In this document: piece by piece, positions 11,824 through 25,919 of the stretch | How positions within the stretch are numbered: position 1 is the stretch's first letter | How the letters are laid out: each line of letters starts with the position of its first letter | DNA from: Fimbriosthenelais zetlandica | Lineage: Eukaryota | DNA: 64,000 nucleotides | Reading direction: 5' to 3' | Assembly: GCA_977030845.1 (NCBI GenBank) | Contig: OZ365115.1 | Coordinates: 8,060,001 to 8,124,000, forward strand | Program-made: the position numbers and the translations under genes | The notes under the pieces: model-generated | Database searches by the model: none | Told to the model about the DNA's origin: nothing | The model's input: only the letters and a program-made list of their open reading frames with translations

Positions 11824-11943
11824 CTTTTTCTGCGCGAAGTCCCAAGCATCACGGAGGCCTTTTTCCATATTCTCGTCGTTGCCTTTAATAGAGTACTTCT
11901 CCTGGATGCCTTTGAGGAGCTCCCGCTGCAAAACTTTCTCCAC
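11824..11943 (-). CDS. TSPAN9: Tetraspanin coding exon 4 (VEKVLQRELLKGIQEKYSIKGNDENMEKGLRDAWDFAQKK)
   Basis: Acceptor ctttccag| and donor |gtacta; 120 nt; helical start of the large loop ending in the conserved AWD..Q. Confidence 0.9.
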
Positions 11944-12104
11944 CTGGAAAGTCAGAAAATATAACTTACTTTTAATATATAGTGTTAATATATAATATAG
12001 ATCATATATAATAATTAATTTAATTTAATTATTTTAATATAGATTAATTCCAAACCTATTCTTTTCATAAGGAGACGGACACACAATTGTGTTACAGATC
12101 TTAC

Positions 12105-12179
12105 CTCATTTCTATAGACGAAAGCCAAGATTCCAGCCACGATCTCCAGCAAGAAGATAACGACTACCATCAGGAAATA
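12105..12179 (-). CDS. TSPAN9: Tetraspanin coding exon 3 (YFLMVVVIFLLEIVAGILAFVYRNE, TM3)
   Basis: Acceptor ttttgcag| and donor |gtaaga; 75 nt. Confidence 0.93.
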
Positions 12180-12879
12180 CTGCAAAATACAAAGGTTTGA
12201 TATCTAATTACTGCCTTCAACAGTATTATGAACATCTTATTCTTCAGTCAATTTAAGGTTGTCACTTCAGAATGGAGCTTGACATTGAACTCTTTTTAAT
12301 GGAAAAGTGCAGAAAAAAAAACATCCCTCGGGGAAAAAACCCCTGAGAATCTGGGTTGAGACTTTGTTGTGCGAAGCTAACAACTTTCTGCAGGTCAAAA
12401 CCAATTGACTTACATCTCAAGCCAAGTTCCTCCCGACACACCATCAGCTAATGTTTAGATAAGAGAGTAGATAGGCTGATAGTGATAGATGACACAAGGG
12501 AATGAATCAAGTATGGGAATTAATCTGTCATTCTTCTCACACCAATCAGTGGTTCTTTCTATACCGGGAACACAAAGCCGATTGCCCATCACAAGGCCAT
12601 CGAATTCCCCCTTCCTGATGAGCCTTAAGCCAGGACTCCACGGCTGTGATTTTACTTGTGACACTACTGCGACCAAGGTGCTGCTTCCGATGAGAAATTT
12701 ACAAGTGGTGGACTGCCTTCAGCACTTCAATCACAATTTATAAATGTTATTGCAGTAGAAGCATCACCTTTGTCGCAGTAGTGTTGCAAGCAGAATCGCA
12801 GCAGAGGGCTGGTGTCGGTTTCAATGATTCAAATTTTACATTAGGGTACCTTTGCCCTGGTGTAACCCACAGCCAACAT

Positions 12880-14870
12880 TACAAATTTTGGCTTTCAAAA
12901 GAAGTGAGGAATTGGGTGGTCATGGGATGGACAATCGGCTTGGAGGCTGGAGCCTCCCTCAGGTCATCAGCTTGTGAGCCAGCTCCATGAAAAAGACTTG
13001 ATTTCTCCAGGGACCTGCTCGCTGAGAGTAAAATTGCCTCCTACAGATATTTGCCTCTATAGATAGCGCCCAGATGTATACCCACATCTACTAAGATGGG
13101 AGGGTGCATGATAGATAAGGCATTAGCTACTGCAGATGGGAAATTAAAAAGTGCCCGATTTAGTGCCTGGTTATCTCAGCGAGCTGGAAAATCTGATTTG
13201 GTAAAGTCTCTAAGGTGTATAGTCTATCAGATAAGCAGGTGTGCTCCTTGGGTCTGCTCAAAGGGAAGGTCTTCTATAGAAATGTATACTTTACTGGATA
13301 CTTTTGTATCTTGTAAAGATACAAACCGATGCCCCAAATCATCTTGAAATTGGTTGGAACAACATTAAGATATTGAGAGACAAATAAGTTATCGAATCTA
13401 AACCAGATGCTGACAAATAATATATCATTAAACAGGAAATTAATCTTTCAAGAAAATGTGCAGAATTCCTGAAAACTTATTCCCAATTTTATTTGGGCCA
13501 CTTCTCTGCACCTTCCTTGTGATGAAATGTGAGAAGAATGCAAGGCCAAGTATCATTTTCACACTCTTGAACGGTCGGTTGTGATTTTCAATTGAGAGTG
13601 TGTGAGGAAGGTGAGAGTTGAGAGAGGTGAAAGTGAGGAGAGGTGTCACTTCACCAAGCTTAAATGCTCAGACTTCACACTAGAGGGAGCCAGAGCTGCC
13701 ATGGTCACACCATCGCCCAAGCAACTCAAGCAGGGCCATCATGCAATAGTTCGAGCAAGAGCCCAAACTACTTTTTGGGTCCTTACTTGTTGCTGGTACT
13801 TTATTCATGGAAATTAGGCACAGGATTGGGCCTAAAACAATACCCTGTGGGACGCCAGTACTATTGTTTATTGGATAACATAAGGTGTCATTATGAATTT
13901 ATTTGTACTACGATCTGATATATAGATTCAGAACCAATTTAAGGAGTTGTCGGTCAAGTTGGGTTTAACAGTTTTGGTTGAAAATGTGTCATGATAGAGA
14001 GGATCAAACGCTCTTTTGTTGTCTACAAATCTCCAAAGTTGCGTCGACTCATTTCTTTTTTTTTCTGTACAGATTTCTAATGCCTACAAATTTGACATTA
14101 TATGGGCATGTCAGCAAAATGGTGTCCGTAGTACACTTTCAAGAAACAATCCTCCTAAACAGAAGGTCTACCCCTGTTTACGAAGAACTGATGAAAAGGA
14201 GCTTAATGGGACTTTATGCTCATGAATGCAAGCCACGGCATTTCTCGGGGCATTCAGTTTCGATACAAAAAGAAGAAACATTAGAGGCTTCAAGTACTAA
14301 ATGTGAGGGCAGGGCATGGGGGACCTGGGGTGCTTCGGAATATTTAAAAATACCCTTAGAAGAGCAGTTTCCTGACATGGCAGTTTTGCTTGGAAGTCAG
14401 GGGCTACCTCAGTATATTAGAGCCCTAATACCCTGACCTGGCCATATAAGTGTCGGTTAAAACGCTTTAAGCTGGCTTTCTATGGGGTAAAGCCATGACC
14501 GCGGCAGACAGGTACCGGCTTAGCAACACCAAAATCATCCTTCTCCCCTCGCTATATAGCCCATTCAAGAACCTTACACAACTTGCAAAAGATGTTCAGG
14601 GACGGGTAATGTTGTAGGATGGGCCCTGAAAGGGCTTTACAGTGTGGGCCTCTAACTTACTGCACACGTATGTTTATGAAAGAATGTCATAACAGCCCTC
14701 TGTATGTGGCATAGTGAACAGTGCTCCACAACATCCGACCACCCCCTAAACCGACCACTCCCTTGGCCTGGTCCCATTTTCCTTTATACCCCGCTGAAGC
14801 GACCACCTCCGTATAGAGTCCACCTTTGGTCAGTCCCAAAAGTGGTGGAGCACTGTCTATATATGCCCGG
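12880..14870 (+). mobile_element. Heavily decayed non-LTR retrotransposon ORF2 (RT - RNase H - CCHC order, I-group-like), antisense to the host gene
   Basis: Degenerate motifs appear in canonical order and plausible spacing. RT: FGFQKK (12887; cf. QFGFR), gaaaaagacttgat (12989; cf. EKAFD), AWLSQR (13165), GVLLGS (13238; cf. GVPQGS). RNase H: LYAHECK (14212; each codon at most one base from IYTDGSK), ASEYLK..LLGSQGLPQYI, FLWGKA..AADR (~14476-14512). Zinc knuckle: VVEHCLY/ICP (~14842-14868). Many stops and frameshifts. Confidence 0.6.
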
Positions 14871-17109
14871 AGGGGTCCTCTTCCACATTCCCTTCCCCTC
14901 CTGGTCCTGCCTTGCCCCACACTGATGAGACAGCCGGGTTGTGTAGAACGGGTCTAGCAGCAGCACATCCCGTGTCCAAATTGACTCACCAGCTCTGAAT
15001 TGGCTTTGTTAGGCCAAAGGGCTGACGGGGGTAGAGAGGGACTGGAGGCGGGGTGATAGGGGAAAGGGAGGAGTTAAGGGATGGGTAGAGGGAGGAGGAG
15101 GTGAAGGTGGCTGGAGTTTTAAGAACCTTCTGGGGGTGTATGTATGGAAGGAAGGGTAGAGGTGAAGTGGGGAAGGCCCTGGAAGAGAAGTGGGGTGAGA
15201 TTAAGAGAAGGCTGAGAGTGTAAGGTCCCTGAGGGATGGCTTGCTGGATGGTGGAGTGTAGGGCAAGGGGATTAAATAAAGCTTTAAAGGAACAACAGTG
15301 GTTAGATCCCAGCACGTAGACAATATTTAAGACACATTTTGTCTATTTGTGGCTGGAATTAACCAAGGATTAGAAGTACACAATAAAAAAGATTGCTTAT
15401 ATAGCCTAACCTCGTTCAATACAAGACTTCAATTGCCGAAAATGAGGAAGAAATCTTTTGGCAAATACAGGTCTTGAAGACAGCTCGGGACAAAGCAAAT
15501 CTCTATAAGGCCTATAGAGCCTACTTTCAAGAGAGCTGTAGGAAACTCCTCAATTCTACAATTAAATACAAAAGCTTTATAAATAGCATCTATAGTGCGG
15601 CACTAAAAATGAGCATCGCCAGTCATTATCGCCATGGCAACTCAGAATAGTATAGCCTCCCACTTCACTCAGGGAGACTGAGTGTTAAGAAAATGTCTCT
15701 TCAATATTCAACAGTTAGAGAGAGGAAATGAAAAGCCCCTACAGAGCGCTCATTCAATGATTCGCCTCTAATCGGGCCCGCTGGGTCGATTTCTTCGACT
15801 CGCTCTGTTCTCAGCTGTTGTCCTAGAGGAGTGACTGTGAAGCACAAGAGATTAGCTAAGGCAGTGGTTTATAATAGCTCCCCAGGAGTCAGGAAATAAA
15901 AGAAAAAAAATAAAGAGATAATGATAGAAACTATTAGACATAAACTTCTTATTGCGACCACCAGTGCGGTTGGTCATAAGTGATCTCATTAATGAGTTGG
16001 TCGCATTTGTGAGGTTTCTGAAGGCAGAAAATGGACCGTTCCTTATTGACAGGGCCCATTCTGGATTTACACTGGATTCTCTGCCGCAACTGACCCAAGT
16101 TTTACATGGCATTTCGAGGGCTACACGCAAGCAATTCGCAACACTCGTAAGGCAAAAGGAACCTCAGTGGAGCTAGCCCAGAAAGGTAGGCCTACATGTC
16201 TGGGGCGAAAGACAGAGGCCTAATATATGAATGGAAACAATGTCGAGTGCTTTGCTAGCAGGAAGACAGTAGAAGTCTGCACTAGATGTGATGCTGTAGG
16301 AGCAGTATAGTCTAGGTCTGGAGTGGAGACACTCTATTGACTTTTCTCAGCTTTCATCTCCTCTAAGTACATGCACCATAGTCTAGGTCAGCCATTGTCA
16401 GGCCTTGGTTCTGTCGCTGAAAGCTTTGCACTGGACATTATTTTGTTCCTGCAACGTATATTATTTTTATAAAGAAAATTTAGAACATTACGAAATATCA
16501 CAAAAGAATGAAATTTCACAAATTGAAACATCAAAGGAAATGTCCATGTGCTTCTGGGACAGTCCAATGAGCAGGTTTCGGGAATGTAAAATTTTAGCGC
16601 GCACCCGTTAGGCATGCACCCGTGGCGCTCAATGGAAGGAGTGCTTTACCCTTTGAACTGTAGTCCCATAAAAACACCATTGCCAGTCACGTGCCATAGA
16701 AGAAACAAAGCTTCTCATAGGTTCCCTCGTCCCTTTGGCCAAGCAAGGATGAAGATCATTAAAAGTCCGAGAAGAAAGAAACCTACCCCTTGGAGCTGGG
16801 AGGGGTGGAAAGCATGCACGGCACAGACTGCACTAGATTCATCTTCACAAGTCGTCAGTGTGAAGGGAATGCTAGCCAGCTAGACCTCTCTCCAGGTATA
16901 GGTACCTTAAAGGTTGTGTGCATGTAAAGGGTTATAGCTTCTACTCCCATGAATAATGGTGTAAATTCATTGACTGCCATGTTAGCTTGTGATATAAATA
17001 ACTTACCTAAATGACACATATCTACCTTAATAAAATAATTATGAGACAATCTCACAAATGTTCAAGCTCCATTAATACGGTATATAATATTATTACATAA
17101 TATTATATA

Positions 17110-17280
17110 CAGTGAAACCTTAGTATTATGGTCACCCTTCATTCCAAAGTTTTTCTGGCCGCTTTAGTGAATATATTTAACAGGGAATCGTATAGAAATG
17201 GTACCAAACATACCATGGCCGTTACATCACGAGATATTCACTCCTAGTTAAGTGGTGTGACCGTTATGTGAGGTTCCACA
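17110..17280. mobile_element. Tc1/mariner(pogo)-type MITE, about 170 bp
   Basis: ta|cagtgaaacct...tatggtcac at the left end and gtgaccgttat.tgaggttccaca|ta at the right end: imperfect TIRs with TA on both sides. Confidence 0.55.
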
Positions 17281-18404
17281 TACACACAAAATAAATAGTA
17301 CATAGATAATTGGTTTAGCTGCCAATGAAATATTAGCCAGGCCAAAACCAGCGTAGGCTAGTGACTATTAACAAAAGCCCATTCTGCTGTAACGAAGGAC
17401 TGTAGTCCTAGAAGATAGCCCCAGGCCAGTGATATACATAACTCAGCTGTCAGGTCTCATAGCAGAGGGAATGACATAGGGAAGAGACTAATGAAAATAT
17501 TCACAGCTCTATGTACCTCCACCTTTATATACGGCCCGTCTACTGCGACGAGTTGCTCCAGTACGATTACTTACAGCTTAATGGCTTGAACAGACCAGAG
17601 TGGGTTTTCGGTCGCGCTCATGACACAGACGACATTTTGTCTCTGTGCAATCGCGTGCCAAAAATCAAGCGAACACGTATTGTCGATTAGATAATATATT
17701 ATAATCAAGCCACCCCATTCTTGGCGTTTTTTTTACTGAAATTGCGTGACAAGAAAAACACAAGGAACAGGAGGCATTGGCAGTATGTTCCAGCCATAAG
17801 CCTGCCTTTTTAAACAGCAGACCTTTTAATCTTGATCCCGCCCGGTGTAAAACTTTTAAAGGCACTTTGAAAGGTAGATGTAAAAGAAGGCTATATAAAA
17901 AGTCCGGGATGCATAGCATTGATTTTTCAATTAGCGGGTGCTATAGGATGCCAAATGAGCTGGGAAATCGACTTGGTGGTGGCAAAGAATAGATCTCCGA
18001 ACTGACTGAAAAAAAGTTAGCCAGACATTCAAAATAGGTGAGGTATAGCGAGGGTCCGTCACTCAGTGCAGGGTAATGTATTATATATTATATATAGGAC
18101 CCACATCTTCTCACCATGAATGGATTAAGGCGGACCCTTCTTGCATGATGATGGGGGGAATAGATGATAATACACCTCCAGACAACATTGATTTTAACCT
18201 TAACCCATCAATAAGTCGTCCTCCCACCCACCACCATGCACCACCGTGTATGTATATGCTCCCTCCATGGCGTGATGGATGGATGGGTTGACGGGGGCTG
18301 GTAGGTAGTCACCAAATCCACTCAGTCACACTCCACATGGCGTGAAAGCTTTTAAATGTGACTTGCTTCATGGAAAGGACAGGAAAAGGGGACTTATGTA
18401 ATGC

Positions 18405-18744
18405 TGCTTTCACACTGCAAGGCTCCACATAAGCGGTATCGCATCACACTTTGCAATACTATAAAGCGATACGAACCTAATGCACAGCAAAATTAGTGTC
18501 TAGCTAGGGTCTGTCAAATTCTTCAAGAATATGCATGGTTTCCTATTTTTGGCAAAGAGATGTCCAAAAGTGGTCACGCAGATCAGTATTTCAATTTACA
18601 CAGGTGCTTGTCCAACTGGTTTTCTCTGAGAAACGGACAGATTTTCCCTCGGAAATGGCTAAAAATGCGATTGCCCAGAGCATTATTTTTCCGCCATCCC
18701 GGGTGCTGGGTATAACTGAATTTAGCAGACCCAGTGTGAAAGCA
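18405..18744. mobile_element. MITE with tgctttcacactg/cagtgtgaaagca TIRs (Harbinger-like), apparently carrying a nested element
   Basis: Perfect 13-bp TIR (18405-18417 / 18732-18744) and an inner gtatcgc/gcgatac pair. A second TIR pair gggtctgtcaaattc/gaatttagcagaccc bounds about 18505-18732. Confidence 0.45.
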
Positions 18745-20514
18745 CCACGAAACAGCTCAGTATGGTAAAAAGTCAGCGAGGCTAAGATTTCCGCTAGCAG
18801 GCAACAAGATTCAGTAGTGGCCTTATATTTACGGCATCTAATCCATTTTCACAGTAATCCTCTTGATAACCATCAATAAAGTTGATGTTATTGCTGTCAT
18901 GTGAAGGAGCGCCTTTCACAACTTGTCCATTACACTTCAGACCAGTAGGTCCTTTTTGTATTTTCTATCTTATTAAGCCCTATCTTAACGATAACACTCA
19001 AGATTACTTCGATAAGTGCATGCATGGAGCTTACTACGTGGAACCGTGCAAGAAGGGTGTTGATAGACAAACACTTGACAAGGCTTTATGAAATAACTGC
19101 AAGGAAACTGCTACTGATCGTGCAGCTCATCTACACTCTAAAAGGTATGTATATTCCAGTGGAAAATTAGTAGTGCCTTAATTATGAAAGCAATATGGAT
19201 TTTCGTCTAAGATCCATGGATGTATTTCATCATTCTCAGAATGATCCCAAATATGATTTACCTCAGGCTTCATGTGTCACTTTGAATTGCAAATCGAAAT
19301 GAGAATCATCCATAAATGAATGGAGGCCCTTCACATTGGAATGTATAAGATTTTGATTAATTTGCCAAAGCAGAATTAATACTTGTAACATGAGATGAAC
19401 CAGAAGGGATGAATTTCTGCGCAGGGTAAAGATAATTAACTTAGGTCATTGTGTGTATATAATAGCGTGGCTGTTCAAGGGGAATGCATAGAAAGTGTAG
19501 GCCCTTCACATGAAATAAGGATTCGGGGATAGCTACAATCTGAATGAAAAATAATCTCTCAAAATCCAAGTCTACATACAGTCTTATTTCTGATAGTTAT
19601 TATTAGAAGAAGCCTGGACAATGTTCCCCCACAATATTCTGGACAAAAATTCCCTCACAAAATTCTAAACGGATCTTTTTTTAAGTGGGGCAATCTTCGG
19701 TCTTTATGAACAAAACATCCATTAAAACTTCAGGGAGCCACTGCAGGGAAGTTAAACTGACCATATGCGCGGCACAGACCGTTTTTTGTGCATCAGTAAA
19801 AAGGTCTCCTTTGACCCATGGAGATATTAAGTCTTTATTCATTTTAAAGCCCCTTCAGCACTAATGGTCCTGGAGATCTATGACCTGCTAAAGTGAAAGG
19901 TCATAAGGCCCTCTGGCCTCCCCACAATTCATTCTCCTGCTCTGCATAGCAAAGACCATTGTGAGACCTGAAAAATTTCAGTCCCGCACTGAATGAATTA
20001 AACAAGGCTGATAGGACGAAGTACTTTTTTTAATCTCTCTGCAACTATCACTGCCGATAAAGTAGTTTGAGCCATCGCAAGTTAAAAATGCATGGCTTGA
20101 AGTATAATATATTACTTTAGAAGCGAAGGTTTATTATTTCAACATACAATAAATTTGGTTGGACGGTCGGAGAAGGAATACTTGCGGTAGGAGTATAAAT
20201 CTAGCTGTCAAGATTGTAAAATATTCAAGAGATGGAAGGCAGGGGTTTAGAGAGGTCTGTTACTATGGGAGAAGGTTAAATATCAAATATTGATGTAGAA
20301 CCGAACAAAGCAGGCTCATAACAGGCCAGTTCAGCTGGAGATATGGAATAACAGACAATACGTGGTTGAAATTTCACCAAGCAATTAAACCTTGAAAAGT
20401 ATAGGCTGATGGAAAAAGTCACGGTATCATGTTTCTGTACATTCTTCCATGGAATTGAACAGCGTTTTTATGCATATTGCTTACATGCTGAATCCATATC
20501 TATATTGAAGAAGA

Positions 20515-20800
20515 TTGCAAAGGCAAACATACACTATTACAATAGAATTGAATGGGTTGAAAGAAATGAAAAGGATAAAAACCATATATACAGGTACTGC
20601 ATCTCAACATGGGAAAAGGCTACAGAATATTAGGATTCATACATTGCTGAGTCTTCCATTAATTAAGAAGGCTTATTATGTCATTAAACCCCTAATTAGT
20701 GAGAGTCAATCAGTGAGATGGATGAAGGGGTTTGGGATATGGCAGTTTTCTCAATGTTCACGGGGGTTGAACAACATGGAGAGGTGGATGACCTGAGGCT
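20515..20800 (+). mobile_element. Possible LINE RNase H remnant
   Basis: ORF 20515..20796 has IYTG..., LISESQS and RGLNNME, which weakly resemble IYTDGS, IxSDSQS and GIxGNE. Confidence 0.25.
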
Positions 20801-20944
20801 GTATAATAATGGGCTCATGGTAGAGCCAAGTATCATATTCCATAACAATATCTCCACCCATACCATACACTATCTCCTTTAGTCATTCCACCATGCCTAC
20901 TGGAAGGCATCGACTCATTTGGCTGCGACTGTTAACTATTCACC

Positions 20945-21126
20945 ATTTTTATGTACTACTATCAAGATGCCATAAGCAAATTCCACTTTTCATGCACTAC
21001 TATGATGAACTTTCCATGTACTACTATGATAAAATAAGTTTGCCATAAGCAAATTCCACTTTCCGTGCACTACTATGATGACTTTTTCATGCACTACCAT
21101 AATAACATATTCATGCACTACTATGA
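20945..21126. repeat. Minisatellite of ~20-23 bp units (tttcatgcactactatgat) with a duplicated gccataagcaaattccactt block
   Basis: About 7 copies of the core catg[c/t]actactat can be read directly. Confidence 0.8.
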
Positions 21127-24100
21127 AAAATTATTGTTTGAAATAATAGCAATTCCTGCAGCATGATTAACAACTCATTGAAGCCAATATAAACTTACAT
21201 GCGACCCTGAAAGCCACATCAATCCGCAATCAAAATTTGCTTGATTTTCCTTTTGATTTTACCATTCAGTTCTGTCATAACTATACTTATCGCTGACTAT
21301 ATATGCGTATCCTACTAATATCAACCCCTCATACACTGTCTAAAGGTTATATCAGCCATCTGACCTCATGTGACTATTCTGTGGGTCCCTAACGAGACCT
21401 GTAATATGCTTCCCCTGCCCAATGACTATTACCGCCTGCAATTAATAGAAGATGAGAAGCTGAGGATGTCCTGAGGGGAGGAGTAGCGGTGGTTAACGAG
21501 GTTAGTGGTGAGCGGGCGGGAACCACGACATGTCATTTAGTCATGTGTAATGTCCAATCACCCTACCTCAGGTGGTCGCACTCAACATGTTCTACCTTCA
21601 CAGGACGCCTCCTACTGTACATATCTTCGGGGTCAGTAAATTTGTGCTTATAATGGCATTATTAGAGATATGTTGCGTTTGTGTGCGTCTCGGGAAAATT
21701 GGAATTTCTAGCTCGTAAATATATGACCCAAAAGTATGCTGCTAAGCACTAATGAACCAATCAGAAATCATCATGGAAACAAAGATATGCACTTCAATTT
21801 CTAAAAGAGATGATATTCGGCATGATTTTAAATTTGTATGACATTATCTTTAAGATTTTGACAACAAAAAGTAATGACATCCATGCATTTAGCCTATCCT
21901 CCGAAAGCTTTGACTACTATTAATATCCTTTATATCAAACCCGAGAAAAAACAATTACGTAAGGTAACAAAAAAGGATAGGAGCAAGAAGTTTACTAAAA
22001 GGTTGCCTTTAAGATTCAAGAAAAGAGCTTTTCAGACAGATTCTAACATGTATTTGAGGAGCTCAATTCAAAGCCTGGCTCTTGGTGAAGCTGCTGTGCT
22101 ACCTTTTTCTATTTTAATGATGACTCCCATTAGAGGCTCATGCTCATGAAAACAGCTAGTTAAGATGTGGAATTGAGGCTTGGAAACTGAGAAAAAGCAA
22201 AGCAAAGTCCCTTGAAGGATTGCATCAAGGCTTTTCCTTCAACATTTCAATGGATTAGCACACTCTAAAACATTGCCAATCATGTACATTCTATAGTCCT
22301 TTGGTAAAACCTGTGTAGAAACGACCATTAAATCTAGCGCACAGAGAGCCATTGTATTTACTTATATGATTTGCATTACGTATAATATATGATATTGTTG
22401 AATACCTTTGAATACCCATTTGAAAAGTGCTTCAACGGTTTAAAATCTGGAGGGAGTTGCGCCATGATGAGGGTGTACATGTAGGACTTCTGTATGTTGA
22501 TTTTGGAGAAAAATCTTTATGAATCATAACAAGAACCCTTGCTCTTCAATGTCGCTAAAGCAGCCAGCAATCAATTCCACATCACATTAGTAAAAGCACT
22601 GACTACCAAAACACCCATACCTGTCCCATATTATGAACTCAACGTCAGACAAAGCCGAGTGTAATTTGTAAGAGGACAAAGCCCACATGGAAACAAAGGA
22701 ATGCGTGTATTTATATTGAAAGAGACAAGGGTGAAATAAAGCCATAGCTGCATGCTGCTGCTGCTATAGCGGAAGTGGCTGTTAAGTACATGACAAGTAT
22801 TAAGTATGACAACAATGAGGCAGCCATCTTGCTTGAACATATAAAAGCTATAACGAGGTATGTCATATGTTGAACCTATTGAAATGTGAATCACGAAAGT
22901 GCAAGCTTAACTGTGCATACACAGAAGTTTCAGATTACATATTTCATTATTCATCATGCCTTAATGCAAGGAATAATGATTGCTTTAGGGAAGTGTCCGA
23001 AGACAAAGGAGGTTTACCATTTAGATTATGATACAAATTCTAATGCGACCCATGCAAATAGGATGTTGATGAAAATATAGGCCTACTCTATATAGTGAAA
23101 GGGTGGATTTTGCATTTTCCGAATTACATATCAGTATTTCCATATAGATTCTTCAAGATGTATACAATCTTTTATGCTGTATAGCAAAGCATCAATATTT
23201 CTGGATAATCTCTTATGTTTTTTCATCAAAATCTCTTATGTTTTTTCCTTTGCTAAACGTTAATCTATGGTAAATCTAAGTACGCTATAATATGCTAATA
23301 AATACATAAATGATAAAAATACATACAATAATATCATTTTAACGCTCCGCCTGTTAAACAGATGTTTTATGTGAGTTAACTACAAGAGTGTTGTTGCCAA
23401 TAATGAGTATAAGAAGGAGGAGATTTTGGCTGGAGACTGTAGTTGCATCCATCACATTCGTTAGCATGGTACATGAAAGGGGACACAGATTAACCAAGGC
23501 AAAACATTGGCCTTGGAGGGTGGAATGAAGGATGAGGGAGATAGAAGGTACAGCAAGCCCTATACCAGCTTTACTAAGGAGTTCTGGATGAGGCTGCTAG
23601 GTTATGCAGTAACTAAAGCCATCACCTATGTAACGTAGTATTTAAGTTAATCCTATATTACACTGCCGTATAAGGGCTGGGTACTTAAAGTAATCCATTT
23701 ATTGTTTCATGATTATGTTTTAAAATCAGTGCGATTATCCAAACTTTAACTCCAAGCTATTAACTTTAACGGTAGGGAATTTAAAAGGATGAATTCAATC
23801 GAAAAGAGAGAAGAAGATGTCCATAATTAAATACTGCTTCCTTTCAAAATACCACAAAGAAAATAATTAAACCAAAATCAATTATTAAACCAAAGTCAAT
23901 TAACCATCAAAATATCAAGTGCCTTTTAATTTTCTGCATTATCCCCTTTTAGCTTCCCTTCAATTGCCATTTGGCAGCATGGACATAGACCCTGACATCT
24001 GAATGTAAGTGTCCCTCCAAGTCCCTGATTAAAGACATTAAATAGAGGGTGCACGGGAACTCCTCAATGAGATATCAAGAACTAAATTGACTTTCAAGGA

Positions 24101-25919
24101 CTGGGGAAGTCTTTCTATTGAACACGTGCCAGTACTTAATGGATCTAAGCCCTCGGCGGGTGACGACTGTGAGGCTGTGCCCTTCATAAATCCAATTCAT
24201 TTAATGAGAAGTGGGACAATAAGCAACAAAACAAGACCTATAGCATTGTGCTAGCATTCTGCTTTAACTGTTCGAGTTATTCGACAGATTTCCAGCAAAA
24301 TGAAAGAATGCATACAAAATTGTTTTAATGCTACTGCTACAGCTAAGATATTCTCAGAAGCATCATTTATACAGTAGCACTCTATACTGATGTAAGAATT
24401 TCCAATTCAACGCTCAAGTGAAATTAAAGCAAAATAGTGAATAATATACTCACTTTCATGCAATATGTCATATAGTCTGTGTTTCTCACCACCCCGCTCA
24501 CATACAGATAATGCCTGTAACCACATAATGAATGGTCGTACAATTTGCAATAAGGTGCAGACCTTACTTGGCGCAGTGGATCATCCCAGGCCCGTCAACA
24601 ACCTGGTCTTATTAGTGCGCTAAGCCATGCTGCTTATCTACACCTCCAATACCCACAGCCAATGCCTTGTAAATGTTCCCTATTCCACAATATATATACC
24701 AGCCCCCTCCACTCAATCTCCTCTCACCAACGCCTCAATGGTGATTCCTCCAGCCTTACCAATGCCAAGGTCCTGTCATGTCAATATTTGGTCAATTTCC
24801 TGAGTATATACAAAGTGGAGGAGAAGAGAGTTAATATTTCACGTGTACTGTCATATGAATACCCACTGACAATGGTGCACGGTTTGACAGATCAGCGTTT
24901 TTATGAGGCAAGGAAGGGGAGGTATCTGAACTATATAGCACAAAAGATGGAGGCAGGCATTGAGATGGGTCTGCACAGCAGTCTCCTGAAACATGTATAA
25001 GGTTTACAGTATATGATTCTGCTGTCAAAATGGACTCTTCAAACTCTAACCAATTCTCAAACTTTCAGCCCATTATTAGAGCCCGTTATTATTTCAATTG
25101 TTCAGGACCGGAGCAACGAACGTGGTATTCCATTGGAACAAATAGGAAAGACGATGGCGTTACAGATAACATAATGGTATGTTCTTCTTGGATGGCAACA
25201 ATGGCTATTTTACATGCGTCTTACCATAGACAGTGAGCGACATGGCTGGCCTTCGATATTCCAGTTAGCAGCATGCATTGGGTGTCATTTCCTCAGAGCT
25301 GGACTAGAGAATGTACTTTTCACCTGAGCTACTCTATCAGCAAAAATTATATTCGCTTTTTTAAACTTAAATTACTTTGGCAGAAATAACACAAAATATC
25401 AGAACTTTCTATGTTAAATCGTCCTACTGGTACGTTTTCTTACACTTCCCGATCTAAATTGGTCCATTTAAGGATTTAAATCATTTGTTGAAAAAGAAAA
25501 CTTTTTTAATGTGAACATAGATATACTTTTTTGTGATAGTGTATACGATCCCCTATATCCACCACATAACACTCCCTAGAGGGACAATTATCTCAAATGA
25601 AACGAGAACTTATATCCTCATTGGGACTGCAATAACAAGGCAAACTCTACAATAAAGACAATATTCCTGCTCCGTAAAGACTCAATTCATGAGCTTTATT
25701 GTCCCACTAGAGACACGGGGAGGTAAAAGCGAAATAAATAAGCCTTCCATGACTTCGCAATGGTACAGAACATTTTGTCAACAGCCCAAATAGTTGAGTG
25801 GAGTCCAAAAAGTCTTTTCAAATGATCCTGAAGTTAATAGTTCATCCACGAGATCAAAACAGATCCAACTAGAAGATTCTGATAGATTTATGGGAGCTTT
25901 TCAATTTCCAAAGAATGGA

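Noticed and set aside
13978-14436. 152-aa ORF as a host gene
   Set aside because: Better explained as a decayed LINE RNase H segment.
14922-14955. CTGATGA hammerhead-like core
   Set aside because: No GAAA in the right place after stem II and no closing stems.
15628-15641. RFX X-box-like ATCGCCATGGCAAC
   Set aside because: Imperfect, and more than 12 kb downstream of the ciliary gene inside another gene's intron; no basis for linking them.
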